Part shown: positions 11,556 to 26,701 of the stretch, piece after piece
How the letters are laid out: every line of letters starts with the position of its first letter
Position numbering within the stretch: position 1 is the stretch's first letter
Source: Eledone cirrhosa
Lineage: Eukaryota
NCBI GenBank assembly: GCA_964016885.1
Contig: OZ024744.1
Location: 75,082,001-75,146,000, forward strand
Reading direction: 5' to 3'
Length of the DNA stretch: 64,000 nt
Made by a program: the position numbers and the translations under genes
The notes under the pieces: model-generated
The model's database searches: none
What the model saw: the letters and a program-made list of their open reading frames with translations, nothing else
What the model was told of the DNA's origin: nothing

Positions 11556-14500
11556 GTGTTTTTTGAGTCTCAGTCATTGATGTTAGTTTGTTGAAATGAA
11601 TATCAAGCCACTACCTGCAGCCTCAGATATTCAGGACGTATCGGAGGGTTCTTGCTGTTCCCAACAAGCATGCCTTTTGAAGCGTTCCAAAAAGCGTGGC
11701 GGGGCCAATTTTCTTTAACCATCCCTGGGAACTTTTTGAGATAGTACCTAGTGCGCCTATGACAATCGGGACCACTTTAACTTCATGGCAGTTCCAAATC
11801 CTTTTTATCTCCCACTTTAAGTCCTTGTATCGGTTAATTGTCTCCCTCTCCTTCTCTTGCACTCTCGTGTCGAATGGGCAGGTCACATCCACAATCAGAC
11901 ATGATCTTTTTTCCTTGTCCAAAACCACCAGGTCTGGTCTATTGTGTTCCAGTGTCTTGTCCGTCTGTATCCTAAAATCCCACAGCACCTTCACCTGATC
12001 GTTTTCTATCACCGACTCTGGCTTATGCTCATACCACTTCTCTGAATGTGGTAAATTGTTTACTTTGCATAGGTGCCAGTGGATCACCCTGCCCATCACA
12101 TCATGTCTCCAGCCCTTATAGTGAGTCTGGGCTAGGTGTTTACACTAGGATACAATGTGAGCCACAGTCTCCTCTGTCTCTCCACAGATCCTGCACAGTG
12201 GGCTAGCCTCCTCCTTGTAAATATGGTGTTTCATCCACTTCGTTTTGAGGGCCTGCTCTTGTACAGCCATTAGCATTCCTTCTGTAGCCTTTTTAACGTC
12301 TCCTCTTTTCAACCAATTCCATGTCTGTGGATCTCTGAATTCAGTTTTCTCAAATAAGGTACTATGAAGGGATTTTTCATGAAGGCTGCTCTTTCTCCTT
12401 ATTGTTATTTCCTCCTCGGACATCCCCTGCTCTATTGTCCTCTCCATCAGTACAATTCTGAGCATTGGCTCCTTACTATCAGTCACGTATTTGTGTAGGT
12501 TGTTTTTCTCCATCTGAACACAGTCCTCTATGCTGATAAGACCTCTTCCACCTTCAGATCTCCTTAAGTAGAGTCTATCGACATCACTCCTCTTGTGGAA
12601 CATGCTGTAGATAGTCAATAGCTTCCTAGTCTTCCTATCCATTTCTTTTTGTTCAGCAACATTCCATCTCAGAATTCCTGCACTGTACCTAATAATAGAC
12701 ACAGCTCGGGAATTTACTGCACTTATGGCCTTCCTACTGTTCAGATGTGACTTTAATACTCTCCTTACTCTCCGAATGTATTCTGTTCTCATCAATTCCT
12801 TCATATTTTTGTTCTTGAACACCCAAATACTTGTATCCTTCTTCGGTGTCAATTTCCTTTATCATCTCACCTGTTGGTACCTGGATTCCGTTACTTCTGC
12901 TCAACTTACCCCTCTTCATCACAAGGACTCCACACTTACTAATTCCAAATTGCATGCATATTTCATTGCTGAAAATACGGACAGTGTCAACAAGCACATC
13001 CAACACCTTCTCACTCTTCCCGAAGAGCTTAAGATCGTCCATGAAGAGGAGGTGATTGATGGTAAGCCGTCCCTTTCCCAACTTGTACCCTGCTCTCACT
13101 TTCCGCAGTATACTTGTCAGGGGCATCAGGGCAAGGACAAAACAACAGAGGGGACAGACTATATCCCTGGAAGATACCTCTCTTGATCTTCACGCCTCCC
13201 AAGGATTCTCCAGCTGATGTTAACTCTGTTTTCCAGGACTTCATACTTTTGCCCAACAACTTTCTGATGTTATCTGCCACCTTGAAGATCTCTAGGCTTT
13301 TGGTGATTCAAGAATGAGGCCCCATGTCAAATGCCTTTTTGTAGTCTATCCATCCCATGGCAAGACCAGTGTTTCTCCTCTTGCAATTCCTCATTACCAT
13401 CTTATCAATAAGTAACTAGTCCTTTGTACCACGTGACTTCTTTCAGCATCCCTTCTGTTCGTCCGGTAACAAGTTGTTTGTGTGGAGGTGACATAATGCT
13501 TGACATAATGCTTGTCAACAGTTTCCACATTACGGACAGACATGTGATAGGTCTATAGTTGGTAACATCATTACCCTTGATTCGGTCTTTCATTACCAGA
13601 ACTGTGGTACCTTTTGTCAACCACTCTGGTACCTCACCTCACATCAAGCAGTCATTGAACATGGTTGTCAGTTTCGCGTGGAGGGATGTTATATTTTTAA
13701 TCCAATACCCCTGCACACCATCTGGAACTGGTGATTTCCAGTTGGTTAATTTTTAACCTGCCCCTTAAGAGTTTCAACTGTGATACACAAATCTGTTTGT
13801 TGGTGTGCCTGTTCACTAATCTCCTTTTGTACTGTCTCAGTCCACACTGCCTGGTCATTATGTTTAACATCATGCTCCTATATTCCTCTCCAGAATGTCT
13901 TAGATTGTACCGCCTCAGGGATCAATTCGTTGCCGCTTTCTTTCCCTTCAAGCTGTCCAAACAACATCTTCTGGCTGTTGTCAAACATGCGGTTCTGTCT
14001 ATACTGACTGACTCTGCTCTCGTATCGCCTAATTTTTGCACTCTTTGCTACAATGCGTTGCTTCAGTTCCTCTATGATAATATTTAGCTTTTTCCTCCTA
14101 GTTTTGTACTTTATTTCCAGTCTATTTTTAGTGTCTATGTTTTTTAGTGTCCCATTCAGTAGGGACTCAAGCTTTCCAATGTCATTTCTCATTTCCCTGA
14201 TTTGACCATTCTGTCGTTTCTTCCACCAACGTTCTGATCTTTCTTGTTTGTTGTTTCCTCTCGCTTTTATGCCAAGTAATTTCCTCACCGAATTTGCTGT
14301 TGCTTTGAGTATATTGTTGCACTGGTGAAGGCTCCTCGCCTCAAGGTATGGGATGACTTTGTTTACCTTAACTGTTGTTTCTTTTAACTTTTTCCTGTCT
14401 ACAAATCTTAGGTTCATAGGTTTCCCACTATCATTGTTCAATTCATCTATCACTAAGTTTAGGATATCAACCAAATCTTGTCCTAGCCCGTCAGCATTAA

Positions 14501-15310
14501 TCTCCTCAATAGCCGGATCTTTGTTCCAGGTATTATTTATTTCAGCATGTGGATTGTCAGTATCGGTAGAGGGTCGGACGCCATGCTTTCCAGCATAGTT
14601 ACGTCCCTTTACGTTCTGAGTTCAAATCCCGCCGAGGTTGACTTTGCCTTTCATCCTTACGGGGTCGATAAAATAAAGTACCAGTAATGAACTGGATAAT
14701 TTGCTGGCCTTGTGCCTCAAGTAGAAACAATTATTTTTTTCTGCATTCAGATCATTGTCTGCTTCGGATGGTTCCTCCGTTCTCTCAACCTCTTCACCTT
14801 CATTTCCCACTGGCTCATTTGCCTGGCATACTCCACTCTCCATTTCCAACCTAATCTCTCTGCTCAGTTCCTCCAGTTCCATCTCGCTTATCCACCCATT
14901 AGTTCTTATTATCCGAGCCTGTCCGGCCAATTTTTGTTCATCTAATTTAAATAGACCAATCTCGTTCCAGATGTTATGCATCCGTTTCCTATACCCTTTC
15001 TCTTTGGGGTTACTCTTCGGGTAACATTGCATAACATTTCTATTCAATTCTTTCGTCCAGTTGGTTCTGGTCCTTCTTCTTCTTCCTCCGACACCAGCAG
15101 TATTTGGTTGACAGCCAGGTCCCTGCTGCTGAGCCAGGGAGCACCTGCTGGGTGAGAGTCTGTCACATGACATTCCAGTCTCCACTTCACCGTTATTCGA
15201 ACTGTTTAGGTTCGACATTTAAACACTCTTATCGAGGATTGGTGAATGTATGGTTACATAACCACCGGTCATTTCATCACCTCCGGTGATTTTAGTGTGT
15301 AGACGAACAT
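11556..15310 (-). mobile_element. Near full-length R4/Dong-clade RLE retrotransposon (family 1), frameshifted, interrupted by a SINE
   Basis: ORF pieces 15218->11623: N-terminal WTKELNRNVMQCY..GYRKRM..EQKLAGQ; RT NYRPITCL, GIFQG.SLSPLLF, INHLLFMDDLKLF; CRIC..ETVAHIVS; RLE LWDFRIQTD..NRPDLVV..D; short 3' UTR ending in (TAA)n at 11540-11555. Confidence 0.92.
14549..14735 (+). mobile_element. SINE family A inserted into the R4 ORF
   Basis: A/B boxes and central domain; imperfect 17-bp TSD attatttatttcagcat (14532-14548) / attatttttttctgcat (14730-14746). Confidence 0.9.
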
Positions 15311-15600
15311 AAATAAACAAACAAACAAATAGGTAAAAAAAACATTAAAAAATAAGCATAAGTTTCATTGTAATGTAATGTTTGAATGTCTGACTTAGTT
15401 TTAATTTTTTTCCTTCTCTGTCTGTCTCTTTGTTTTTCTTTTCATTTTTCTTTTCTTTACGTTTTTCGTTGTTGCTGTACTGTTTTGATTTTGATTTATG
15501 TTTTTTTGATTTTTTGACCGGGTCATCAAATCAGTCTATTTATATCTTTTGATGCCTTCCTCTTTTAGTGGGGTCACTACGATGCATGTTTTAGCATGAG

Positions 15601-15860
15601 GTAGTGGGAGAGAATAGCGGCGATAGTGATAATGAGGCAGTGGTGGTGGTGGTGGTGGTGGTGGTGGTGGCGGCGGTGCTGTGGTAGTAGTACTTAGCAG
15701 CGGGTAGCGGGAGAGAATAGCGGCGGTAGCGATAATGAGGCAGTGGTGGTGGTGATGTGATCGTAGTACTGTAGTGATGGTGTTGAAGTAGAAATAGAAG
15801 TTGAGGTAACTTGACTAGAGTTGTTGGCGTGGTAGTGGTGATGGTGGGGGTGGTGATATT
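15601..15860. repeat. (GGT)n/GTA-rich low-complexity block containing a ~50 bp direct duplication
   Basis: GGGAGAGAATAGCGGCG.TAG.GATAATGAGGCAGTGGTGG at ~15606 and ~15709. Confidence 0.75.
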
Positions 15861-15869
15861 GGTACTATT

Positions 15870-16045
15870 TGGACGCCATGCTTTCCAGCATAGTTACGTC
15901 CCTTTACGGTCTGAGTTCAAATCCCGCTTAGGTTTACTTTGCCTTTCATCCTTACGGGGTCGATAAAATAAAGTACCAGTAATGCACTGGGTAACTGCTG
16001 GCCTTGTGCCTAAAGTAAGAAAAAAAAATTATTATTATTATTATT
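15870..16045 (+). mobile_element. 5'-truncated SINE family A with (ATT)n tail
   Basis: GGACGCCATGCTTTCCAGCATAG..GAGTTCAAATCC..GGGGTCGATAAAATAAAGTACCAG..CCTTGTGCC, then ATT repeats. Confidence 0.88.
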
Positions 16046-17170
<1,125 letters not shown>

Positions 17171-17212
17171 GTGAGAGAGATAGTGGAATAGATAGACATA
17201 ATTCACACACAC

Positions 17213-17274
<62 letters not shown>

Positions 17275-17837
17275 GACCATGCTATACTTAAAAATGTTCG
17301 TAAAGCGTACAATCCATATATTCTTTTTTTATTTTATTTCCCAGGAGTGTATCTGTGCTTCACAAAATTGACTTTAAACGACAGAAATAGTCCTTTCCTG
17401 CCTCACATTCATCCGTTTGTTTGTCTTATATGTTTAATTTCAATTCTGTTCTTTACTTCTTTTCTTCTTTTCTTTCTTTATCTTTAGTTTTATTTTCTAT
17501 TGTTTATTGGTACGTTTTACTTATTTGCTTAATTTCTTTTTTTTTTCCACTAAACGGAAATATGAATGTTCACAGTGTCAATATTAAAGTGTCAAAAAAT
17601 CCGTAAATCCCTATGCAATTTTTCAAGTGACAAGAAAACACACACAGCCAGCTCGAGTCAAGAGTGATTTGTATAAAGCATAGTAAATGCCCAACATATG
17701 TATTGCTAGAACATTAAATACTTGGATTTATGGGTATTGTTGGTCATTGTCCTTTGATTGTCAACTTCCTTTTATATTATCGCGGGGGTTATATTTGCTC
17801 AACATCTGATATATATATATATATATATATATATGTG

Positions 17838-17891
<54 letters not shown>

Positions 17892-18179
17892 TCTCTGTAT
17901 GTATATATGTGTGTGTGCCTGACTGTATATATATGTGTGTGTGTGTGTGAGTGTGTGTGAGTGTGTGTGTGTGTAAATAAAGCAGTTGACTTCAGACATT
18001 TTGTGTGAATTTGCAATTTCAAATGTAAGCGTTTCAAATTAAATGATTATAATAATAGCTGTGTGGGTCGAAAAGGGTAAACCCTACAATCGCTTGTCAG
18101 ATTACAGAAAATGGTGCACTTTTAGGCTACGGCCAGCCACACGAACCTGTAACATAACCTGAACAAGCAATGCCTGGGC

Positions 18180-18575
18180 TTTGAACATTTTTAAGTGGGT
18201 AAAGGCCTTGCACTCGACCAACCCCACTCTCTGACCATCGAAAAGACTACCCGAAAAGGAGAACTAGTCAACATCATCGGATGTTTCCGAAGCTGCAGGG
18301 GTTTTTTTTCAGAGTTTCCCTCCCCTAGAACGCTGTTGTGCCAACAACTGGGAGCCTTTCTCTCCCAGGTTAAGAAAAAGTACTATTTGGATGGCTGTTT
18401 ACTCTGCTGAGTTCTTTCGCCCTTTGTCGGGTCTTGTATTTCATCCCGCAGGGTGTCTATATATCGCCCTCTTCACCAAGGTATTTTGGTGGAGTTTGCT
18501 GGCTTAGTCGCCGACGACCCGTCCGTGAGACAGATTGTACTGGGTTACCAGTAACACTCGAGAGCGACCTGACAC
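18180..18575 (-). repeat. GC-richer putative LINE 5' UTR fragment (RTE-like, unassigned)
   Basis: Abrupt compositional island; GGAAACTCTGAAAAAAAACC resembles RTE 5' UTRs from recall only. No second copy in the window. Confidence 0.3.
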
Positions 18576-18589
18576 ATATATATATATAT

Positions 18590-19150
<561 letters not shown>

Positions 19151-19175
19151 TATGGACTCTCTATTGAAAACATAC

Positions 19176-20548
19176 CAGAGAAGGTGCACACTCTCCGCAT
19201 GGAATCCACCGGGCAGCCCAGGCTGAAGTCATGCGGCGGAGGGCACGCCGACCAGAGCGGCGAAACGGGTTCAAGAGATCAGACACCATACGCTGATGAC
19301 TATATATGCCCCGTGGGGTAAGCTGAAATAACCCAGGATGAAATACCCGACTCTGTACCTCACCCTAGGCAAGAACATCGCCTGTGCCGGGACAGGTTAA
19401 CCCGGATCCCATTGACTTTCAGTCAAATGCCTTACACCAATAACACAATATACCTCAACCACAGTGATATACTCCAGTATGGCCGGTCTACTCACCCCAC
19501 TGCATGTGTATCTTTTCAGTAAAGAGTGCATACTCTCCACGTATTCCATTTTGTAACACCTAAGGTATTTTCCGTATACAGACCCACGTGTGTATCTCAC
19601 ACTTCTCTTGTGTACTATCTCATACGTATACACGTTCCTTCTGCTTTTTGTATATATTTCCTTTTTTATATATATTCTCCACGCATTTTCTATGTACGGT
19701 CTGCGCATACTATTTACTGTAATGCCATGAACGGCCATTATGTGGTTTTGCGTGAAGATTCCATATATGGTTTGATCCATGTTTGCAACGTAACAACATC
19801 TCTGTAGACACATAGAACTGGGCGCACCCTTTCATGTATAGCCCACTATGTATCTATCTCTATGTGCCGTTATATGTATATTTTTAATATATTTTATATT
19901 TCTTTTATATATATGTATATATGTATGTGTATATATATATATATATGTATGCGTATATATATGTATATGGTTATATTGTTTATATAATGTGTTTGTTGAT
20001 AACAAGATGGATCTTTCATGTATGACTCATTGTGTATCTTTATATGAATGTGTGTGTATATCCTATTTGTGAATATATATATATATATACTAGCAGAGGT
20101 ATCCGGCGTTGCTCGGATATTAAATAGCAGTTGTGTATACCATTTATGTCAATACTTCAGTGCTGCTTCGAAAACTATACTTTTACAAAATCATCCGCTT
20201 TTTCCAAAAGGGGGTTCCTGTCCCCAGGCGTCCCCTACCCAATATGTGCCAATTCTGAGAGTTCACATTCATCTGTAGGACAAACGTAGTCCATGTGTCA
20301 ATTTTTGTGAAAATCGGTTGCGAACTCCAGAAGTTATGACGTTTTGTTGTATTGCACAGCAGTGCTTCAGTCGACTCCAAGGAAGTGGTTAAAGTGGTTA
20401 AAGGGGTTATCTGTCGGGGGTCCCTATAATCAATATCTTGAAAAATGACAGTGTCCATGGCCATCCGGAGTACATAAGTAAACTATGTCTTAAGTTTGGA
20501 GAAAATACTGTAGAAATGCATAAGGTTTATCCATACGCGCGTGCGTTC

Positions 20549-20639
<91 letters not shown>

Positions 20640-22745
20640 GGTGTGTGTGTGTGTGTGTGTATGTGTATGTATGTGTCCGTGTGTGTGCGTGTGTGTATTT
20701 GTGTGTGCGTATGTATGTGTATGTCCGTCGGGGCATACGTATGTACTGGCCTAAAGCTTCCCTATTTACTTTTACTATTTTATTTTAATAACCTCTGTCA
20801 TTTTCGTTTTCAATTTTATTTACATCATTCTTAAAATCCGGGGCTAGAAATCATTCTTTTATTTTAAATAGAATATTAGTCTAACGACTCCATTTATATC
20901 ATAAACTTGGTCTCTTCTTTGCTTGAAATTGTTCTTCACGCTCCACATAACGATGTATTATCCTCGCTTTTTTCCCGTTTATTGCCAGGGAACGTCTTCA
21001 CGAACCAAAATATTGTCTTCCTGTTTTCGTTCGGTTGCGACGTTTCTCGAAATAATTACTTCTGCGTTCACAGATTACTCTCAGTTTAATTTGAATGGGA
21101 AATTCCTGTTTCATCGATTTATTAAGAGCGAAATAACGTTGTCTTTGATATGTTATTTTAAATAAGACAATGAATTGAAAAATACTAATTACTGTTAGTG
21201 GTGGTTAACATGTATTAGAAATAAAATGAAAATGTTATCTGAAAAAACGTACTTGAGAACATGACTCCCTTCTTCGCAATTTAAGGGTTTTATTTCTATT
21301 GATGGAAAACAGTGACTGTTTTCTGTTTGGCATTTCGTAAAATGGTACTGCAGAATTGATTTCATAAAACGGTACTGTATGATAGTTTACACTTTGATTG
21401 CCCTGGTCAGAAAGAGGGGCCTCTATATATTATATATTTATTAGAAGAGGGGGAAATAACTAACCCCAGTATTAGAACAGGGGGTTCGCAATGTAAGGGT
21501 TTTATTTCTTTTGTTAGAAAACAGTTACCTTTTTCGTTTTGGCATTTCGTAAAATTCTAATGCAGAATCGATTTCATAAAACAGTACTGTATGATCGTTA
21601 TAGAATTATTTAAATTTAATATACAGCAATTGTATTTTAAAAATGAAAATGAAACGTACTGTAGAAGCCAAAAGTTTATTAACAGCAAAATTAAGGTCGT
21701 CTTTGATATGTTTTTTTTAGACAAAAGTATTAGAACAGGGGGAAATAAGTCTCCGAACGCGATAGTTTTGGGGCCCCAGGGACAATATTTTTCAAGTTAG
21801 AGATTTGAAACCTCATCTATTTGCTTACTTGGCACTTTTTACAGACGTGTGTAAATTTTCATGTCCGTCCGACCACGTCTACTACCATTTAACCCTGCAC
21901 ATCTGAATTTCAAACACCGCCCATTTCACAAATATATATATTAGATATATATGTATCTTTTTATGCGTGTATGTGAATATGCGCATATTTGTAAGAGTGT
22001 ATATGAGTCAGTGTGTGTGTGTGTGTACAAGCACCCACTGTAGGGCTTGTTTGTGTGTATATATATATATATGTGTGTGTGTGTTTGCGAGCGAGTGTGT
22101 ATCTGTGCCTGTATATATGGATACGTGTATGTATGTGTGTGTGCATGGGGGAAAAATAAGGGGGGGGGGAGTGTCTATGTATATGTCTGTACGTGTTTGT
22201 GTGTACGAGTATATATATGCATATGCATGTATGTGTGTGTGTGTGTTGATGCATACAGGCATGTAGGCATGCATCTGTGTATGCGTATGTCTATAGGTTT
22301 ATATGTTCTCCTTAAATGTGTGTGTATAGCGGGAGTCTATGCGTACGACTGCGTTATCTATGTGATTGTGTGTATGTGTGTGTATGTGAGTGTGTATGTT
22401 TGTGAGTGCCCGCTGGAATGTGTGAACTACCAAACTCTGCAGTAATTCATTGAAGTGTGGCAGACATGGGACAGGTGATGGTCAGCCGAACGATAACTGT
22501 GGTCAGAATTATGATGACGTAGACAAACAGCGGCCAATAACAGGACGCGCGAAGAGGATGGAGTTTTTGACGGTAATACCCCAGTGAAATAATTTGCTCT
22601 GAAATCATTAGACGCGTCCGTCGAACCTGCGGATCTAGAATCAGACAGATCCACACAATGATCGTGTCTCGAGCTGTCCGCCGGTGAAACAATTGTAACA
22701 GAATAAATTGAGTTCAAAGGCATCACTGATTTTTCATTTTATGTT
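19176..22745 (+). mobile_element. Solo 3' end/pLTR of the Naiad-like Penelope family, split by a Helitron
   Basis: 19176-19900 is the reverse complement of 31080-31790; 19970-20089 plus 21946-22745 is the reverse complement of 28960-29945. Confidence 0.8.
20090..21945 (-). mobile_element. Non-autonomous Helitron
   Basis: On the minus strand it starts A|TCTAATATATAT (21945) and ends CCGAGCAACGCCGG (hairpin) ATACCTCTG CTAG|T (20090); A/T insertion with no TSD; flanks rejoin into a continuous pLTR; internal (GT)n and a ~100-bp direct repeat (21282/21495). Confidence 0.8.
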
Positions 22746-22946
22746 GTATATATATATATACATTATGAAGAGAGAAGAACACATTTAAATATAATTAGTA
22801 ATAAAATGTATCATACCTAAACTGCTTCTAGATTCCTCGACTACGTAGTTTCGTGGCATAAACAAAAACAATATATCATAAAGATATAGAGTCCTTGCGA
22901 GGTCTGCCGACTTTTCAAGAGGATACCTCATTTTACTAGTCTCAAG

Positions 22947-23026
<80 letters not shown>

Positions 23027-23117
23027 TATATAAATATATATATACATATGTGTATATAATATATATATATATATATACACATATGTATATATGTATGTAC
23101 ATAAATACATATATATA

Positions 23118-23257
<140 letters not shown>

Positions 23258-23264
23258 CACATAG

Positions 23265-23299
<35 letters not shown>

Positions 23300-23324
23300 C
23301 GTGCATACATACACACAGATACAC

Positions 23325-23380
<56 letters not shown>

Positions 23381-23645
23381 TATATATAGGTATATACAAT
23401 TTCTTCATCTGCCATTTTATCATCTCGACTGTTGCTGAACAGGTGTAAGTGATTATATATCATTTTAATTCTTCTCTCGCGTTATATCAATCTGACTTTT
23501 ACTATTCGGCTCCAGGTATGTTTGGTTTGGAAAGACAGAACAAAAGTATCAATTGATTTTCTTTATGACATTTATCATGATTTTCTTCTACCGATTAGTG
23601 ACCCAAAGTTGAACTTTCGGAAAACAGCTTTTCGATATTTATCTA

Positions 23646-25645
23646 GTAAATATTTAAGGATCAAACTTACTATGTGCTGAGATTTAGTGTTATTATTTTA
23701 TATATATATACATATATATATATTGTTATACTTGGGGAGGGTCATATTGTTGTAATAATATTGCCTGAAATAATAACAGAATACACTGACTGTTTGGCTG
23801 GTTTTCGCTTCTGTATCGTTTATATCTCCACAGTTAATTTATTCGGTCCTCAATGAGCAACGGTCAAAAATACAGATATAATATAGATATAAACATATAT
23901 ATATATAGTCTAACAAATTTCTTTCGTTGCACATCTGCAACATCAACAGTGGTACTATTATATTCCTCCTGTTGTATTGTATAACTACGCCATTTCTATT
24001 TTCTCAGTTTATTTATTTATAATTTTTTGTCTTCTCTTCGCATGCGTTTGCGTATGTGTATAGTGATTGGTGTGTGTTCGCGTTTGGGTGACTGTGTTTT
24101 GGTTATTGTATTCTATCTTAGTTTATTAGTGGGTGGATATATACTCTGGTGTCTGGAGTTAGCTATCTGCTGGATGTTTTCCATTGTGCTACATTCTAAA
24201 TCATACTTGTATGAGTATAACTGTAACTAACGACTACCTTCCAAACACCCTAACAGTAGACTACCTGTATTAGACACGGAACTCTGGATTAACACTATAA
24301 ACGAGAGGGCCAGAATTCTCCACTCACACTACGCTAAACCCATGGCCTCCAAATACCTGATATTAAAAAGTCAGCAATGTCCAGTAGTGTTAAGTTTAAT
24401 ATTTTGATCGCAGACTTGGGACGAGTGATGAAGAACGTGTCCCGCATGTGCGACCCAACAGAAATGGAAAGACACATCTAACACTTCATCAACCGCGTGC
24501 AGTTCTCTGGTTACAACCTAAGAGACAGAATCAGAGTATACAAAGGAGCCACGGAGAAATATATGACCCTCATAGAACTGGACATGTTCGCGGACGCTAC
24601 CCCTGGAGGGAAATTAGCTAACCAGTGTAGAAAGACCCACTTAAAGATTAAAGTGGTATAAAAGCCAGGAACTACCATAAAATCCCTGATCAGCAAGACA
24701 TACCCTTTTAAGAAAACCCACTGTACTAATAGGAAATGTATTATATGTAAAGTAAACCGCCGGGATAAACTGTAAAACTAGAAATGTAGTCTATAGCATA
24801 AGATGTACAGAGGGTACTTGCAGAAACATGACAACAACATACATAGGCGATACAGCTTGTAGCATAGGAGAAAGGATAGACCAACACTGGGGGGAACTAA
24901 AAGGGCGAAAAAACGGTTCTGTACTATACGAACATGCCAGAAAACAACATGACGGTAACATAGACAACATAGAAATTAGAATAATATCTAAACATAGAAA
25001 TGACCCAGCAGATAGGCAAATCGGAGAGGCAAGCGAAATAGAGCTGAGAAGGCCAAAGCTAAACAGAAAAAATGAATGGAATAACAACAACAATACCCAA
25101 ACAAACAATACTGAATTAAGAGAAATATAAATAAATAAATATATACATATATACACACAAGCACAATAACAACAAACACACACTAGTAAACTAAGATAGA
25201 ATACAATAACCAAAACACAGTCACCCAAACGCGAACACACACCAAACACTATACACACACGCAAACGCATTCGCAGAGAAGACAAAAATAAATAAATAGA
25301 TAAACAGATAAAATAAAAATGGCGTAGATATACAATACACCAGGAATAATATAATAGTACAACTGATGACGTTGCAGATGTGCCACGAAAGAACTATGTT
25401 TATATCTATATTAAAATCTGTATTTTTGAGCGTCGGTCAGTCATTGAGGACCGAATGAATTAACTGAGGAGATATAAAAGATACAGATGCGAAAACCAAC
25501 CAAACAGTCAGTGTGTTCTGTTATTATTTCTGGCAATATTATTACAACAATATGACCCTCCCCAAGTATAACAATATATATATATATATATAAAATAATA
25601 ACACGAAATCTCAGCACATAGTAAATTTGATCCTTAAATATTTAC
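23646..25645 (+). mobile_element. 5'-truncated Penelope-like element with inverted pLTRs
   Basis: Inverted arms 23646-24131 / 25181-25645; interior encodes an RT thumb (LPVLDTELW..HYAKPMASK) and a GIY-YIG domain; hammerhead core CTGATGA-c-GTTGCA-gatg-TGCCAC-GAAA at 25363-25390. Confidence 0.85.
24260..25130 (+). pseudogene. Penelope RT-thumb / GIY-YIG endonuclease remnant
   Basis: PFKKTHCTNRKCIIC..NCKTRNVVYSIRC..YIGDTACSIGERIDQH..SVLYEH..RQIGEASEI..PKLNRKNEW; frameshifted. Confidence 0.85.
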
Positions 25646-26114
25646 ATAACATTCTTTGTACTATACAACAGCGTTATTCCTGCTTAGATTTTTCACTTAA
25701 TTATTTATCTGATCCACTCTCAACGCATCAATCAACGAAATTTTGTATATTTTCACCTTATATCCTACACATGCATTCCTGACTGCTTAATATCCTATTA
25801 CACTTATATTTTGTGATATCTTTGCCATATTATGTTATATATACTTAATTCCTTTGTATTCTTTACCATATTATTCTGCATAAGCCTAATACCTCTGCAT
25901 TCTTACTGTCTATATGCCTATGTACCGCTAATGTCCTCCCTTGCGAGTAACTTTCTTTTATAATTCTTTTATAATCTTTATTATACCCATTGCTACTGAC
26001 CACAACATCTTCACTCTCTTTGAATATGACACTATTGATAGCAACAATAATATCAACATATTTTATGATTGTTCTGTAGAATCTGAATTTAGTTATATGT
26101 TTAAGCTTTGCCAA

Positions 26115-26161
26115 TGTTCCGATGAATCCAAACGGCTGTTTGGAAGAAACGATTGTCAGCA
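26115..26161 (+). ncRNA. Degenerate hammerhead ribozyme motif
   Basis: tgtt-CCGATGA-a-TCCAAAC-ggct-GTTTGGA-a-GAAA-cgattGTC-agca; core U4 replaced by C. Confidence 0.5.
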
Positions 26162-26630
26162 GTAAAATGTATTAAACATAGTTTTGATTGTTCTGTACTT
26201 TATATTTATATATATATTTCTACAAACATACACAAACAGTCATATTCCATACTAATGAGATATTAATTAAATTGTGTTAAATTCAGCGTAATACATCGTG
26301 TTCGAGGCGTGGCTTTGTTATTATGGGCATATGTGGTTTCTACATTGGAGAAGTTGAAGGGGAAAATTACAATGAAATCAGATTAAAAACCAAAATTAGA
26401 ATGAGATTGAAATGGAATTTGAATATTCAGGGTATTAAGATATATTGAATATATATATGCATGTATACGAGTGCGAGAATGTTCTCCAGGAAAGTTAACC
26501 AGGAATATTTTAAAATCCACCCACAGAAGTTAATAAAGAACTTACTAGACCTACAAAACCAAATTGTAATACCATAATATTATAAAATTAAATCAAATTG
26601 TTTAGAACTACAAGTGAAGACATTCTTTTC

Positions 26631-26701
<71 letters not shown>

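Noticed and set aside
7882-15218. Active autonomous retrotransposon ORFs
   Set aside because: Both the Tx1 and R4 ORFs carry many frameshifts and stops, and R4 has a SINE insertion; some indels could be sequencing errors, but not all.
18485-18570. HDV-like ribozyme on the minus strand (GGTCGCT pairing with GGCGACT, G-U first pair)
   Set aside because: Could not place L3, P1.1, the J4/2 catalytic C or P2 in the required order.
19397-19813. Conserved 138/108-aa ORF also present at 31166-31492
   Set aside because: Antisense to the Penelope 3' UTR; similarity reflects repeat copy identity, with no recognisable domain.
23400-23450. Possible small exon ending CAGGTGTAAGT
   Set aside because: An isolated donor-like motif with no convincing acceptor or coding signal.
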